From positions 68,696,001 to 68,760,000 of the forward strand of contig OX597814.1 of the NCBI GenBank assembly GCA_951406725.2: 64,000 bases of DNA, read 5' to 3'. The notes under the pieces were generated by a model. It made no database searches. It saw only the letters and a program-made list of their open reading frames with translations, and had not been told where the DNA came from. Both the position numbers and the translations under genes were made by a program. Below are positions 63,218 to 64,000 of the stretch, in pieces. The stretch comes from Octopus vulgaris (Eukaryota). Position 1 is the first letter of the stretch; each line of letters begins with the position of its first letter.

Positions 63218-64000
63218 AATTATTATATATATATATATATGTATATAGTTGGCTGAATTGTGTATGTATGTGCTAAGTGCGTGTTTGGTGTGGTGAATGT
63301 TGGGTGTCTGTGTATATATTTTTTTTTATATATTTAGTTGCATTTTTAACTCTTGAATATATGTGTGTATACTGCGTGAACGTGTGTTTTTTTTTTGACG
63401 GAATGGATATCATATATATATATATATCTATATATATATATATATATATATATACATACATACAAATATATGTATGTGTGTATGTGTGTGTGTGTATGTA
63501 AGTAGTTTTACTTGTTTTATTGTATCTGATTTGTGTGTATTTTTGGATGTAGTTAAAGAGGTAGATGGAGCTCCTAGGTTTAATAAAGCCATGGGGAAGG
63601 CAATCTGTCTACGAGAAGGTAACTCCGAATTCAAATCCTTCATTGCTGTCTTGCAGTTAGCCTTTGTTTGGGCAAAGACTGAGAGAAGAACACTCTGATA
63701 TAATACCACTGGAGAGGTTAAACTCCGGGATAATAGAACATGCAACCTCCATAATCACCCAGTCATCTTGCCTTGGTTTGTCAATGGATATCAGATTTTG
63801 GGGGAGGAGTGGGTGCTCTACGTGTCGTAGAAGCGTGTGGCATTGATATTTAAATGTACAGATATCTCTTTAAGTCCCATGGTGATGGAATAATGGCGAC
63901 ATGTGCAGGCTTAACGGACTAGGAGTGCATTGTCACGAATCTGCACGTGGGCGGCTCAGGGCACATCTAACGTCGCTGCATTGTTGAAAGAACAGCAGCA

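Noticed and set aside
63500-64000. Coding RT fragment
   Set aside because: No RT motifs in any frame I checked. It resembles a decayed retroposon UTR (similar to about 54455-54510) but could not be classified.

Overview
AT-rich, microsatellite-dense eukaryotic DNA made almost entirely of transposon relics. The tRNA-derived SINEs resemble octopus (coleoid cephalopod) repeats; this is an inference from recall, not a database search. No intact host gene is recognisable. The only candidates are a 58-aa single-TM small ORF (144-320, -) and one possible minus-strand exon. Mobile DNA includes mariner DD34D, Tc1 DD34E, DD37D and DD41D transposase relics, a Ty3/gypsy relic, CR1/L2-, RTE- and R4/Dong-like LINE relics, Helitrons, several Penelope-like element (PLE) relics and more than 10 SINEs. 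The standout is a near-perfect head-to-tail array of 7.2 x 488-bp units (5661-9181) inside (TA)n. Each unit carries a complete type I hammerhead ribozyme on the minus strand within a highly structured non-coding RNA, which is the layout of a retrozyme/circular-RNA element. About ten further canonical, decayed or core-variant hammerheads with self-complementary stem III lie next to PLE relics. Three diverged families share a terminal hairpin plus GGCCTAG motif. All structures were folded by eye, and most relic boundaries are approximate.
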